Part shown: positions 9,015-18,298 of the stretch, in pieces
How the letters are laid out: each line of letters starts with the position of its first letter
Position numbering within the stretch: the stretch's first letter is position 1
NCBI RefSeq assembly: GCF_016127575.1
Contig: NZ_CP066018.1
Location: 2,940,001 to 2,972,000 of the forward strand
Direction: 5' to 3'
Source of the DNA: Cupriavidus necator
GTDB lineage: Bacteria > Pseudomonadota > Gammaproteobacteria > Burkholderiales > Burkholderiaceae
Length of the DNA: 32,000 nucleotides
Position numbers and translations under genes: made by a program
Notes under the pieces: model-generated
Told to the model about the DNA's origin: nothing
Seen by the model: only the letters and a program-made list of their open reading frames with translations
Databases searched by the model: none

Positions 9015-9050
9015 AGCCTGCGCGCCGCTGCGCGCGGGCTTTCTTGTTTC
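9015..9050 (+). terminator. terminator-like hairpin plus U-rich tract inside the short gltX leader
   Basis: An 11-bp stem, AGCCTGCGCGC (9015-9025) with GCGCGCGGGCT (9030-9040), includes one G-U pair and has loop CGCT. It is followed by TTCTTGTTTC. The ATG is at 9062. Confidence 0.45.
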
Positions 9051-9061
9051 TGCCCCTGACC

Positions 9062-10462
9062 ATGACCCAACGCGTCCGCACCCGCTTTGCGCCGAGCCCG
9101 ACCGGTTTTATCCACCTCGGCAATATCCGCTCCGCGCTCTATCCCTGGGCCTTCGCCCGCCGCATGAAGGGCGACTTTATCCTGCGCATCGAAGACACCG
9201 ACGTCGAGCGTTCGTCGCAGGAAGCGGTCGACGTGATTCTCGAGAGCATGGCCTGGCTGGAGATGGATATCGACGAAGGTCCGTTCTACCAGATGCAGCG
9301 CATGGACCGCTATCGTGAAGTGGTCGCGCAGATGGTTGAGTCCGGCCTGGCCTACCGCTGCTACATGAGCACCGAAGAGCTGGATGCCCTGCGCGAAGCC
9401 CAGCGCGAGCGCGGCGAGAAGCCGCGCTACAACGGCTTCTGGCGTCCCGAGCCGGGCAAGGTCCTGCCCGAGCCGCCGGCAGGGGTCGATCCGGTGATCC
9501 GCTTCAAGAATCCGATCGGCGGCAGCGTGGTGTGGGATGACGCGGTCAAGGGCCGCATCGAGATCTCCAACGACGAACTCGACGACCTGGTGATCGCGCG
9601 CCCGGACGGCACCCCCACGTACAACTTCTGCGTGGTGGTGGACGACCTCGATATGAAGATCACCCACGTGATTCGCGGCGACGACCACGTCAACAACACC
9701 CCGCGTCAGATCAACATCATCCGCGCGCTGGGCGGCACGCCGCCGGTCTACGCCCACCTGCCGACCGTGCTCAACGAGCAGGGCGAGAAGATGAGCAAGC
9801 GCCATGGCGCCATGGCCGTGACCGGCTACCGCGACGAGGGCTATCTGCCCGAAGCCGTGCTGAACTACCTGGCGCGCCTGGGCTGGGCCCACGGCGACGC
9901 CGAGATCTTCTCGCGCGAGCAGTTCGTTGAATGGTTCGACCTGGAGCACCTGGGCAAGTCGCCCGCCCAGTACAACCCCGAGAAGCTGGCCTGGCTGAAC
10001 AACCACTACATCAAGGTCGGCGACAACCAGCGCCTGGCCACGCTGACGCAGCCGTTTATCGAGGCGCTCGGCGGCAAGGTGGAAGGGGCGGACCTGGCCG
10101 GCGTGGTGGCGCTGGTGAAGGACCGCGCCAATACGCTGAAGGAGGTCGCGCAGGCGGCGCTGCTGTTCTATCGCGGCGAGCCGCAGGCGGATGCCGCGCT
10201 CAAGGCCGAGCACCTGACCCCGGAAATCCAGCCCGCGCTGGCGGCGCTGGCCAACCAGCTGGCCGCGCTGCCGGAATGGAAGCGCGAAGCCATCAGCGCC
10301 ACCTTCAAGGCCGTGCTGGCCGAGTTCGGCCTGAAGATGCCCAAGCTGGCCATGCCGGTGCGCCTGCTGGTGGCCGGCCAGCTGCAGACGCCAGGCATCG
10401 ATGCGGTGCTGGAACTGTTCGGCCGCGACACGGTGCTGCGCCGCCTGGCGGCAGCTGCATAA
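9062..10462 (+). CDS. gltX: glutamate--tRNA ligase
   Basis: Track ORF 9044..10462 begins at TTG. The first ATG, at 9062, gives [27 protein letters not shown] (HIGH-type motif HLGN). A KMSKRH (KMSKS) motif is present. Length is 466 aa. Confidence 0.95.
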   Translation: MTQRVRTRFAPSPTGFIHLGNIRSALYPWAFARRMKGDFILRIEDTDVERSSQEAVDVILESMAWLEMDIDEGPFYQMQRMDRYREVVAQMVESGLAYRCYMSTEELDALREAQRERGEKPRYNGFWRPEPGKVLPEPPAGVDPVIRFKNPIGGSVVWDDAVKGRIEISNDELDDLVIARPDGTPTYNFCVVVDDLDMKITHVIRGDDHVNNTPRQINIIRALGGTPPVYAHLPTVLNEQGEKMSKRHGAMAVTGYRDEGYLPEAVLNYLARLGWAHGDAEIFSREQFVEWFDLEHLGKSPAQYNPEKLAWLNNHYIKVGDNQRLATLTQPFIEALGGKVEGADLAGVVALVKDRANTLKEVAQAALLFYRGEPQADAALKAEHLTPEIQPALAALANQLAALPEWKREAISATFKAVLAEFGLKMPKLAMPVRLLVAGQLQTPGIDAVLELFGRDTVLRRLAAAA

Positions 10463-10490
10463 AAAGTCGCAAAAAGTCCGCGCCGGGGGC

Positions 10491-10519
10491 TTGCGCTCCG
10501 GGCCGGACTTGCGCATAAT
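10491..10519 (+). promoter_or_regulatory. possible upstream (P1) promoter of the first tRNA operon: TTGCGC-17-CATAAT
   Basis: TTGCGC at 10491-10496 and CATAAT at 10514-10519, with a 17-nt spacer. It lies about 30 nt after the gltX stop. Confidence 0.3.
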
Positions 10520-10637
10520 CTCTTTCTCCCTGCGGCGCGGTCCCTGACCAAGCGGGCTGGCGGATCCGCAAGGATCTTCGCAATCTCCGAACTGATTTTT
10601 GAAGTGACGGGAAAGCGAAAAAAGCTGAAACGGGAGC

Positions 10638-10665
10638 TTGCAAAGATTAATAGTTGATATATAAT
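10638..10665 (+). promoter_or_regulatory. promoter of tRNA operon copy 1: TTGCAA-16-TATAAT
   Basis: TTGCAA at 10638-10643 and TATAAT at 10660-10665. The context is AT-rich. It lies 70 nt upstream of tRNA-Ala. Confidence 0.55.
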
Positions 10666-10735
10666 CTTGGCTTCGCTTGAAACGGTAGTTAATTCAGGCG
10701 AAAACGCAGCAAGTTGCAGTAAAGAGCAGTACCAT

Positions 10736-10811
<76 letters not shown>

Positions 10812-10877
10812 AGATTTAGGTGTCATCCAGGTTGTTTAGGGTGGCGCCAGACGGAACGTGTTGAAAGACAAGTTTCT

Positions 10878-10953
10878 GTCCCCTTCGTCTAGAGGCCTAG
10901 GACATCACCCTTTCACGGTGAGTACAGGGGTTCGAATCCCCTAGGGGACGCCA
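10878..10953 (+). tRNA. tRNA-Glu (anticodon TTC), CCA encoded
   Basis: GTCCCCTTCGTCTAGAGGCCTAGGACATCACCCTTTCACGGTGAGTACAGGGGTTCGAATCCCCTAGGGGACGCCA. Anticodon loop is CTTTCAC. Length 76 nt. Confidence 0.95.
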
Positions 10954-11016
10954 TAACAACAGGGCGTAATCAGACGCCCAGTCGACTGAAGCGAAGCTTC
11001 GGAAGACGCCGACTAA

Positions 11017-11093
11017 GGAGTGGTAGTTCAGTCGGTTAGAATACCGGCCTGTCACGCCGGGGGTCGCGGGTTCGAGTCCCGTCCACTCCGCCA
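11017..11093 (+). tRNA. tRNA-Asp (anticodon GTC), CCA encoded
   Basis: GGAGTGGTAGTTCAGTCGGTTAGAATACCGGCCTGTCACGCCGGGGGTCGCGGGTTCGAGTCCCGTCCACTCCGCCA. Anticodon loop is CTGTCAC. Length 77 nt. Confidence 0.95.
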
Positions 11094-11099
11094 AAACTG

Positions 11100-11134
11100 A
11101 ACCCGCATGGTTTGCGCCATGCGGGTTTTTCTTT
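11100..11134 (+). terminator. rho-independent terminator of tRNA operon copy 1
   Basis: AACCCGCATGG (11100-11110) pairs with CCATGCGGGTT (11117-11127). It runs into TTTTTCTTT. Confidence 0.8.
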
Positions 11135-11180
11135 GGGTGAGGCATTATGTCGTTAATCGCCGCAAACGCAATAAAAAATG

Positions 11181-11210
11181 TTGCATTCGTTGCGAAATTC
11201 GCTATATAAT
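11181..11210 (+). promoter_or_regulatory. promoter of tRNA operon copy 2: TTGCAT-18-TATAAT with an A-rich UP-like tract
   Basis: TTGCAT at 11181-11186 and TATAAT at 11205-11210. AATAAAAAATG lies immediately upstream. It is 81 nt upstream of the second tRNA-Ala. Confidence 0.5.
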
Positions 11211-11291
11211 CCTGTCTTCGCTGCAAATGCTGCGGTAAGCGGCAGACAGCGAAGGTGGTTCCAGCAGTAACCGTCCAGCAGTATCGGATAC

Positions 11292-11367
<76 letters not shown>

Positions 11368-11394
11368 GAATTTGGGATGCGTCTGAAAAGAAGC

Positions 11395-11423
11395 TTCCCA
11401 GGCGCGAAAAAGCCTGCTATGAT
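11395..11423 (+). promoter_or_regulatory. possible internal promoter in the copy-2 Ala-Glu spacer: TTCCCA-17-(TGc)TATGAT
   Basis: TTCCCA at 11395-11400. Extended -10 TGcTATGAT at 11415-11423. The corresponding shorter spacer in copy 1 has no equivalent. Confidence 0.3.
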
Positions 11424-11472
11424 GGCGGACTTTCCAGCGCAAGACAGAAAGCGCGTTGTAAAACAAGTTTCT

Positions 11473-11548
11473 GTCCCCTTCGTCTAGAGGCCTAGGACAT
11501 CACCCTTTCACGGTGAGTACAGGGGTTCGAATCCCCTAGGGGACGCCA
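11473..11548 (+). tRNA. tRNA-Glu (anticodon TTC), second copy
   Basis: Identical to 10878-10953. Confidence 0.95.
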
Positions 11549-11611
11549 TAACAACAGGGCGTAATCAGACGCCCAGTCGACTGAAGCGAAGCTTCGGAAG
11601 ACGCCGACTAA

Positions 11612-11688
11612 GGAGTGGTAGTTCAGTCGGTTAGAATACCGGCCTGTCACGCCGGGGGTCGCGGGTTCGAGTCCCGTCCACTCCGCCA
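11612..11688 (+). tRNA. tRNA-Asp (anticodon GTC), second copy
   Basis: Identical to 11017-11093. Confidence 0.95.
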
Positions 11689-11694
11689 AATTAG

Positions 11695-11724
11695 AACGCC
11701 CGCGTAAGCGGGCGTTTTTCTTTT
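11695..11724 (+). terminator. rho-independent terminator of tRNA operon copy 2
   Basis: AACGCCCGC pairs with GCGGGCGTT around loop GTAA. It is followed by TTTTTCTTTT. Confidence 0.8.
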
Positions 11725-11811
11725 CCGGAGTGGAGGAAGCCGCCTGCGCGGCTTCCGGCGGGGCTCGAAGGGCTGCGCTTGCAAGCGCAGCCGCGGCCCG
11801 CGGCATGTGGG

Positions 11812-11872
11812 CGAGTCCCGTCCACTCCGCCAAATTAGAACGCCCGCGCAAGCGGGCGTTTTTCTTTTCCGG
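11812..11872 (+). repeat. orphan copy of the tRNA-Asp 3-prime end (half T arm, acceptor, CCA) plus its terminator; direct repeat of 11668-11728
   Basis: CGAGTCCCGTCCACTCCGCCAAATTAGAACGCCCGCG[T/C]AAGCGGGCGTTTTTCTTTTCCGG occurs at 11668-11728 and 11812-11872. The copies are 60/61 identical, and the single difference is in the terminator loop. Confidence 0.85.
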
Positions 11873-11876
11873 TTAC

Positions 11877-11908
11877 TGAAAATGCGGCCGCCGCCCTTGC
11901 GAGCGGCC
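11877..11908 (-). terminator. probable terminator of the MATE gene (minus strand)
   Basis: GGCCGC (11886-11891) pairs with GCGGCC (11903-11908). Inner pairs CGC/GCG add to the stem, with one bulge. On the minus strand it is followed by GCATTTTCAG. Confidence 0.45.
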
Positions 11909-11918
11909 AGTGCCAGAG

Positions 11919-13271
11919 TCAGTTTTCCGGATCCTTGCTGACCCGGCTGAAATACCGCACCAGCAGCACGCCTGCAATCGCCAGGCTGATGCTGTTGGCC
12001 AGCCAGAAGCCGCTGGCGCCGCGTGTGAAGTCGGGCATGCCCTCGATCAGCCCGAAGCCCAGCACATAACCCCCGCCCAGTCCGATGCCCCACAGCGAGC
12101 CGGCATAGATCAGCGTCGGAATCAGCGCGATCTTGTACGCGCGCAGGATAAACGCCGTCATCACCTGCACCGCGTCGAAGGCCTGGTAGAACGCCACGAA
12201 CAGCACCAGCGGCAGCGCTGCCGCGACCACCGCGGGATCGCTCGCGTAGGCATGCAGCACCGGCTTGCGCAGCAGCCACAGCAGGGCACCGGTCAGCACC
12301 GCCAGCGTCACCGCCATGCGGATACCTCGCCAGGCAAGGCGGCTGGCGCCGGCCAGGTCGCGCGCGCCGAGATGCTGTGCCACCAGCGTCGAGGTGGCAA
12401 TCCCCAGCGACAGCGGCAGCATGTAGGCCACCGCGCCCAGGTTGGCGATGATCTGGTGCCCGGCCAGCGTGACCGTGCCCAGGCGCGTGATGAAGATCGA
12501 CATCAGCGTGAACGAGGTGATCTCGATCAGGTAGGTCAGGCCCATCGGCACGCCCAGCCGCAGCAGCGCGCGCAGCGGGGCGGCAGCCGGCCAGCTCCAC
12601 ATACTGAAGATCCGCAGCGGGTGATAGGCGCTGCCGTAGCGCAGGATCAGCAGCCCGGCGATGCACCAGGCCCAGCTGATCAGCGTCGAGGCCAGGCCGC
12701 AGCCGGGGCCGCCCATCGCCGGCACGCCCAGGCCGCCGTGGATGAACCAGGCATTGAGCGGCACCTTCAGCGCCAGCCCGCCGATCTGCAGCACCGTCAC
12801 CATGACCGGGCGCGACAGCGCATTGTTCAGCGCCGAGTAGATGCGGAATGCCAGCGCCGCCGGCAGCCCGAAGGCACCGAAATGCAGGTAGGCGGTGGCT
12901 TTCTCGACCAGTTCGGGCGGCGCCTTGGCGAAAGCGAGCAGCGGGGCCGGGAAGGCCAGCAGCAGCACGCCCGGAATCGCCAGTGCGGCGCCCAGCCATG
13001 CGGCCTGCCGGACCTCGGCGCCGATCGCCTCGATGCGGCCGGCGCCATAGAGCTGCCCGGCGATGGGCGACAGCGCCTGCAATACGCCCATCAGGCTGAT
13101 ATAGATGGTGACGTAGATCGAGCCGCCCAGGCCCACGGCGGCCAGGTCGGTCGCCGAGGCGCGCCCGGCCATCACGGTATCGATGACGCCAAAGGCGATA
13201 ACGGCAAGCTGGCCGGCCAGCACCGGGCCGGCCAGGCTGGCGATACGGCGAAGGTCTTGGAGCAGGGTCAT
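11919..13271 (-). CDS. MATE family multidrug/toxic-compound efflux transporter (NorM/DinF-like)
   Basis: Track ORF of 450 aa. The profile suggests about 12 TM segments. The N-terminus MTLLQDLRRIASLAGPVLAGQLAVIAFGVIDTVMAGR is typical of MATE proteins. GC3 bias is strong. The overlapping 11647..12999 ORF in another frame is Arg/Pro junk. Confidence 0.85.
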   Translation of the reverse strand: MTLLQDLRRIASLAGPVLAGQLAVIAFGVIDTVMAGRASATDLAAVGLGGSIYVTIYISLMGVLQALSPIAGQLYGAGRIEAIGAEVRQAAWLGAALAIPGVLLLAFPAPLLAFAKAPPELVEKATAYLHFGAFGLPAALAFRIYSALNNALSRPVMVTVLQIGGLALKVPLNAWFIHGGLGVPAMGGPGCGLASTLISWAWCIAGLLILRYGSAYHPLRIFSMWSWPAAAPLRALLRLGVPMGLTYLIEITSFTLMSIFITRLGTVTLAGHQIIANLGAVAYMLPLSLGIATSTLVAQHLGARDLAGASRLAWRGIRMAVTLAVLTGALLWLLRKPVLHAYASDPAVVAAALPLVLFVAFYQAFDAVQVMTAFILRAYKIALIPTLIYAGSLWGIGLGGGYVLGFGLIEGMPDFTRGASGFWLANSISLAIAGVLLVRYFSRVSKDPEN

Positions 13272-13383
13272 TCAGGGCTCGGCAGGCTTGGTCAGGGCTG
13301 GATGGTCAGCCCCGCAGCCGCCTGCGGCCGGAATGGTTCGATGGCGCGACAGGCGCTGCGGTGGTGGTGACGCCGGAAAGGGC

Positions 13384-15171
13384 TCAGGGCTGGCGCGGCA
13401 GGCGGCGCCGCGGCAGGTCGGGGCGCGGATGGACGGCGCGCGCGGTATCGACCAGCCGGTACATGCGGAAGCGCTCGTCGCGGTCCGCGGGGCGGCGGCC
13501 TTCCCAGATCAGCCGCCACTCGAAATGCGAGATATTGCCCGGCTCGCCATAGTCGACCGCGTCATGGCGCAGCAGCACGTCGCAGCCGTCGTTGGGGCCG
13601 CCAAAGCGGATATGGCCGAAATAGGCGAACGACGCCAGCTGCGCATCGCCCATGCGGATCGGCTGGACGCACTGGTAGGCAGGCGGCAGCGCCATCGCCG
13701 CGGCCTGGGCCACGTCGCGGTAGGTCTTGCCGTAGTTGATCGAGGGCAGCCACAGCGTCATTGCCATGACCCACATCAGGGTGGTGCCGGCGGCGGAAAT
13801 CACCACCGGGCGCCAGATCTGCTTGGGCGCGCGCGACAGCCGCCAGCGCACGATCAGCACCCACGCGACCGTGGCCGCCAGCGCGAACACCACCGCGGCA
13901 ATGGTGAACTCATGCTGGTAGCCGGGCAGCTGGCGGAAGACGTTGCGTGCGATGCGCGGCGGCCAGCCGGTGGTCTTGGCGATCCACATGAACCAGACCG
14001 TGCCACCGAAGATGGTGAAGAACAGCAGCGCGAACCAGTCGATCGCGTTGATCACGCCGCGCGCCAGCGTGGGCAGCGCGAATGCGGCCAGCACGGCCAT
14101 CGGCGGCAGCAGCAGGATGAACTGCACGTCGCCGGCACTGCGCTGCAGGAACAGCAGCACCAGCACCGGCAGCAGCAGCGCCAGCGGCGCCGCCACATGG
14201 GGGGCGCGGCGCATGCCGGTCCACGCGATCCAGGCCCAGCCCGCGATCGGCCAGACCGGCCACGTGTACAGGAACAGGTTGCGCACGTTGAAGCCGAAGG
14301 TCGCCACATTGGGCGAGCCGTAGCTGCGGCGGTCATAGCGCGACCATTCGCGGATGAAGGTCACCGCCTCGTCGCGGTCGGCCGCGCCGAAGTAGGCGGC
14401 CGCCAGCCACGCCGACACCATCAGCAGCGCCAGCGGAATGCCGATGGCGGCCAGGCGCCGCCACGGCAGCGGCTTGCACACCAGTGCGCAGACCGCGCTG
14501 CCACCCAGCAGCGCCAGCGGCAGCAGGGGCCCGCTGGCCAGCGCCAGTCCGCCCAGCGCGGCACCATAGACCAGGCTGCCCTGGATGGGCTTGTCGAGGC
14601 TGCGCACCATGCCGTACAGGGCCAGTGCGATAAAGGCGACCTGGCCGACCTGCGGCGTGGTCTCGTGCCCGCGCATGGCCAGGCCCACGCAGGCCAGGAA
14701 GATCAGCAGCGCGCCGTCGGCCAGCGTGCGGCCGTAATCGCGCGCGTTGGGCTGGCCGCCGAAGGCATAGGCAAATGGCTGGACCTCGTCGCGCCGGCCC
14801 AGCAGGTAGGTGGTGTACCAGATGCAGGCGCAGGTCGCGAAGAAGAACAGCGCCGTGGCCAGCCGCGCGGCGTCGGCCGCGCCCAGCCAGCTGCCGAAGC
14901 CGCGGATCATCAGCGCGCCGATCCAGAACACCAGCGGGCCGTCCTCGCTGTACGGGCGGCCGACGATATTCGGCATCAGCCAGTCGTGCAGGTTGCCGGT
15001 GGCCAGCTGCCACATCACGCCAAAGCCGGCGGCGTCCTCGTTCTTCCACGGGTCGCGGCCGAACAGGCCGACCAGGCCATAGATGATGCAGATCGCCAGC
15101 AGCAGCGCGCGCGGCAGGGCGCCGGTCGCGGCAGCGGTCAACTGGACGGGGGAGGTATTGGCTTGACGCAT
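13384..15171 (-). CDS. integral-membrane glycosyltransferase, GT39/GT83 (PMT/ArnT-like) family
   Basis: Track ORF of 595 aa, polytopic. The first loop, GRDPWKNEDAAGFGVMW, resembles the acidic loop-1 motif of ArnT/PMT-type lipid-linked sugar transferases. The family call comes from memory of the pattern only. Confidence 0.55.
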   Translation of the reverse strand: MRQANTSPVQLTAAATGALPRALLLAICIIYGLVGLFGRDPWKNEDAAGFGVMWQLATGNLHDWLMPNIVGRPYSEDGPLVFWIGALMIRGFGSWLGAADAARLATALFFFATCACIWYTTYLLGRRDEVQPFAYAFGGQPNARDYGRTLADGALLIFLACVGLAMRGHETTPQVGQVAFIALALYGMVRSLDKPIQGSLVYGAALGGLALASGPLLPLALLGGSAVCALVCKPLPWRRLAAIGIPLALLMVSAWLAAAYFGAADRDEAVTFIREWSRYDRRSYGSPNVATFGFNVRNLFLYTWPVWPIAGWAWIAWTGMRRAPHVAAPLALLLPVLVLLFLQRSAGDVQFILLLPPMAVLAAFALPTLARGVINAIDWFALLFFTIFGGTVWFMWIAKTTGWPPRIARNVFRQLPGYQHEFTIAAVVFALAATVAWVLIVRWRLSRAPKQIWRPVVISAAGTTLMWVMAMTLWLPSINYGKTYRDVAQAAAMALPPAYQCVQPIRMGDAQLASFAYFGHIRFGGPNDGCDVLLRHDAVDYGEPGNISHFEWRLIWEGRRPADRDERFRMYRLVDTARAVHPRPDLPRRRLPRQP

Positions 15172-15316
15172 CGATGCTCAGGTCGGGCCGTGGCGCAATG
15201 GCGCGAAGGCCACAGTATCGCGCATGCGGCGGCCGCGCGGGCCGTGGCATGGCGTGGAAGCCTCACGGGGTGTGGGGTAAATCCAATGAATGCGGCGGTA
15301 CCGGTCGTGGTCCGGC

Positions 15317-15353
15317 ACAAAAGCAAAGAGGCAGCCGATGCTGCCTCTTTGCT
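15317..15353 (-). terminator. rho-independent terminator downstream of rpmE2
   Basis: Perfect 14-bp stem: AGCAAAGAGGCAGC (15322-15335) with GCTGCCTCTTTGCT (15340-15353), loop CGAT. On the minus strand it is followed by TTTTG. Confidence 0.7.
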
Positions 15354-15417
15354 GTTTCGCACAGGCCCCGGAGCATCTGTCCGCGGGCCTTGCGAAGCGG
15401 GGTTCGCTGAAAGCGAT

Positions 15418-15678
15418 TTACTTCGCAGCCTTGCCCAGCTTGTTGCCGAACTTCTGGCGGAACTTTTCCACGCGGCCGGCCGTGTCCATGATCTTCTGGG
15501 TGCCGGTGTAGAACGGGTGCGATTCCGACGAGACTTCGATCTTGGCCAGCGGGTATTCCTTGCCGTCCTTCACGATCTTGTCCTTGGTCTGGATGGTCGA
15601 GCGGGTGATGAAGCTGAAGTCGCTGGACATGTCCTGGAACACGACTTCGCGGTAATTCGGGTGAATGCCTTCTTTCAT
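15418..15678 (-). CDS. rpmE2: 50S ribosomal protein L31, type B (cysteine-free form)
   Basis: In-frame part of track ORF 15418..15813. ATG 15678 is preceded by AAAGGA. The product is [36 protein letters not shown]...[10 protein letters not shown], 86 aa with no Cys residue. Confidence 0.9.
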   Translation of the reverse strand: MKEGIHPNYREVVFQDMSSDFSFITRSTIQTKDKIVKDGKEYPLAKIEVSSESHPFYTGTQKIMDTAGRVEKFRQKFGNKLGKAAK

Positions 15679-15879
15679 GATGAGTCCTTTCTGGTTGGGT
15701 AGCCAGTCCGTTGCAATCCGCTGTTCTCCGCCGAGGGCGAGAGCGTGCATGGCGCGGCGACGAACGAACCACTTGCCGGTAACGGGCAAACCGGGATTAT
15801 GGCAGAAAAACAAATACTTGGGGAAGAGGCTGCGCCACGAGCGGCACAGAAAGTGTTGTGCATGAATATGGCAAAAGCA

Positions 15880-16731
15880 TCACATGGAGGCCGGGTCCTG
15901 GCGATAGAAGGCGGCCAGCGACTGGTATACAACCGGCCAGTGCCGCGCCAGCCCGGTCGGCTCGACAAAAAATGCCTCTGACGTCACGGCAAAGAACTCG
16001 CTCGGCGCCTCGGTCCCATATGGGTCGATGATGCGCAGCGCCGGCGGCAGCCGCTCCGGGTGCTCCCAGTCGGCCTCGTCGCGTGCCTCCCAGGACTCGG
16101 CAAAGCGGTCGTACTCGGTCAGGAAGGTCTCGGCCCAGGCTTCCGCGTCTATGTCCGGGTGCAGCACGCGCGAGAAGGGCGGCACGCCGTCGGGCTCGCC
16201 GTCGAGCATGTCCAGCTTGTGGGCGAACTCGTGGATGACCACGTTGTAGGTATCGGCCGGCAGTTCGTGGTCGCTGTCGATGCCGGCCCCGGGGGTGTGC
16301 ACGTCGGGCCAGGACAGGATCACCGGCCCGTGCTCCCAGGCCTCGCCGCTGGCTTCCTCGACCACGCCGTGCACTAGGCCGATCTCGTCCTGCACGGTCC
16401 GGCGGATGATGAACTCGCCCGGGTAGAGCACGATGCCGTGCCAGCCCCGGTACCAAGGCAGCCCCAGCTTCAGGATCGGCACGCAGGCCTGCACGGCAAC
16501 GCTGGCCACCATGTCGTCGGCCAGCGGCAGGTCGTGCGCGGTGGAGTATTCCTTGTCGGCGATGAACAGCGTGGCCAGTTCGCGCAGCGCCGCCAGGTCT
16601 TCGCTGCCGTAGCGCTGCACGAACGGCAGCGTGGCGACCGTGCGCGCCCACAGCGCATCGGGGATGGCGTAGTGCTCCAGCTTGCGGGCCCGCGAGCGGG
16701 TGCGCAGGAATGAGGTCAGTTTGCCGAGCAT
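15880..16731 (-). CDS. zinc metallopeptidase of the MtfA (M90, DUF980) family
   Basis: Track ORF 15880..16806. I prefer the internal ATG at 16731 (MLGKLTSFLRTR...) because the 16806 start would lie inside the rho terminator hairpin. The HEFAHKLD zinc motif is followed by DGxPDG. Confidence 0.75.
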   Translation of the reverse strand: MLGKLTSFLRTRSRARKLEHYAIPDALWARTVATLPFVQRYGSEDLAALRELATLFIADKEYSTAHDLPLADDMVASVAVQACVPILKLGLPWYRGWHGIVLYPGEFIIRRTVQDEIGLVHGVVEEASGEAWEHGPVILSWPDVHTPGAGIDSDHELPADTYNVVIHEFAHKLDMLDGEPDGVPPFSRVLHPDIDAEAWAETFLTEYDRFAESWEARDEADWEHPERLPPALRIIDPYGTEAPSEFFAVTSEAFFVEPTGLARHWPVVYQSLAAFYRQDPASM

Positions 16732-16782
16732 GGGCGTAGCGCGGTGCGCTGTGAAATGGTCCGGCAACAAAAAAGGTCGGGC

Positions 16783-16810
16783 AACAAAAAAGGCGTGCCG
16801 TGGCACGCCT
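16783..16810 (-). terminator. rho-independent terminator of the rho gene
   Basis: AGGCGTGC(C) pairs with (G)GCACGCCT at 16791-16810, followed on the minus strand by TTTTTT. The motif GGCAACAAAAAAGG is directly repeated on the plus strand at 16763-16776 and 16780-16793. Confidence 0.7.
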
Positions 16811-16856
16811 TCCTGTCCGCCTTGCGGCGATGCTGCGTTGACGCTGCAGCAAGGGC

Positions 16857-18119
<1,263 letters not shown>

Positions 18120-18204
18120 AGACGAGGGGTACAGATGGGCCCGGACGGGCGAGACCTAAAGGGAAGGGGGGAAATGAGCGAACGCTCGGGGAGTTGTTGG
18201 TGGC

Positions 18205-18213
18205 ATCTTAGCA
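18205..18213 (-). promoter_or_regulatory. extended -10 element TGcTAAGAT (minus strand), candidate rho promoter
   Basis: The reverse complement of 18205-18213 reads TGCTAAGAT. It lies about 86 nt upstream of the rho ATG (18119) and downstream of the trxA terminator. Confidence 0.4.
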
Positions 18214-18261
18214 CAATCCGACCGGGCCGCCAGGATGTGGCGCACGCACGTCGGATCGTGA

Positions 18262-18290
18262 CAAAACCGGGACCGTGGGTCAGGTCCCGG
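18262..18290 (-). terminator. terminator/attenuator hairpin between trxA and rho
   Basis: CCGGGACC (18267-18274) pairs with GGTCCCGG (18283-18290) around an 8-nt loop. On the minus strand it is followed by TTTTG. Confidence 0.65.
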
Positions 18291-18298
18291 CGCGCAGC

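Noticed and set aside
7724-10516. ORFs 7724..8941 (+, 405 aa) and 8918..10516 (-, 532 aa), overlapping the patatin gene and gltX in antisense.
   Set aside because: Same GC artefact. The opposite-strand genes carry unmistakable catalytic motifs (GTSAG/DGG; HIGH/KMSKS), and these ORFs have none.
11647-15702. ORFs 11647..12999 (-), 11910..13370 (+) and 13183..15702 (+, 839 aa), overlapping the MATE and GT39-like genes.
   Set aside because: They are out-of-frame or antisense to hydrophobic polytopic membrane proteins. Their products are Arg/Gly/Ala/Gln-rich with no membrane or enzyme signature.
15679-15879. A Zur box upstream of the Cys-free L31 gene.
   Set aside because: I could find no AT-rich inverted repeat of the GTAATGTTATAACATTAC type on either strand. 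CATAAT at 15796-15801 (minus strand) has no acceptable -35, so I did not call a promoter either.
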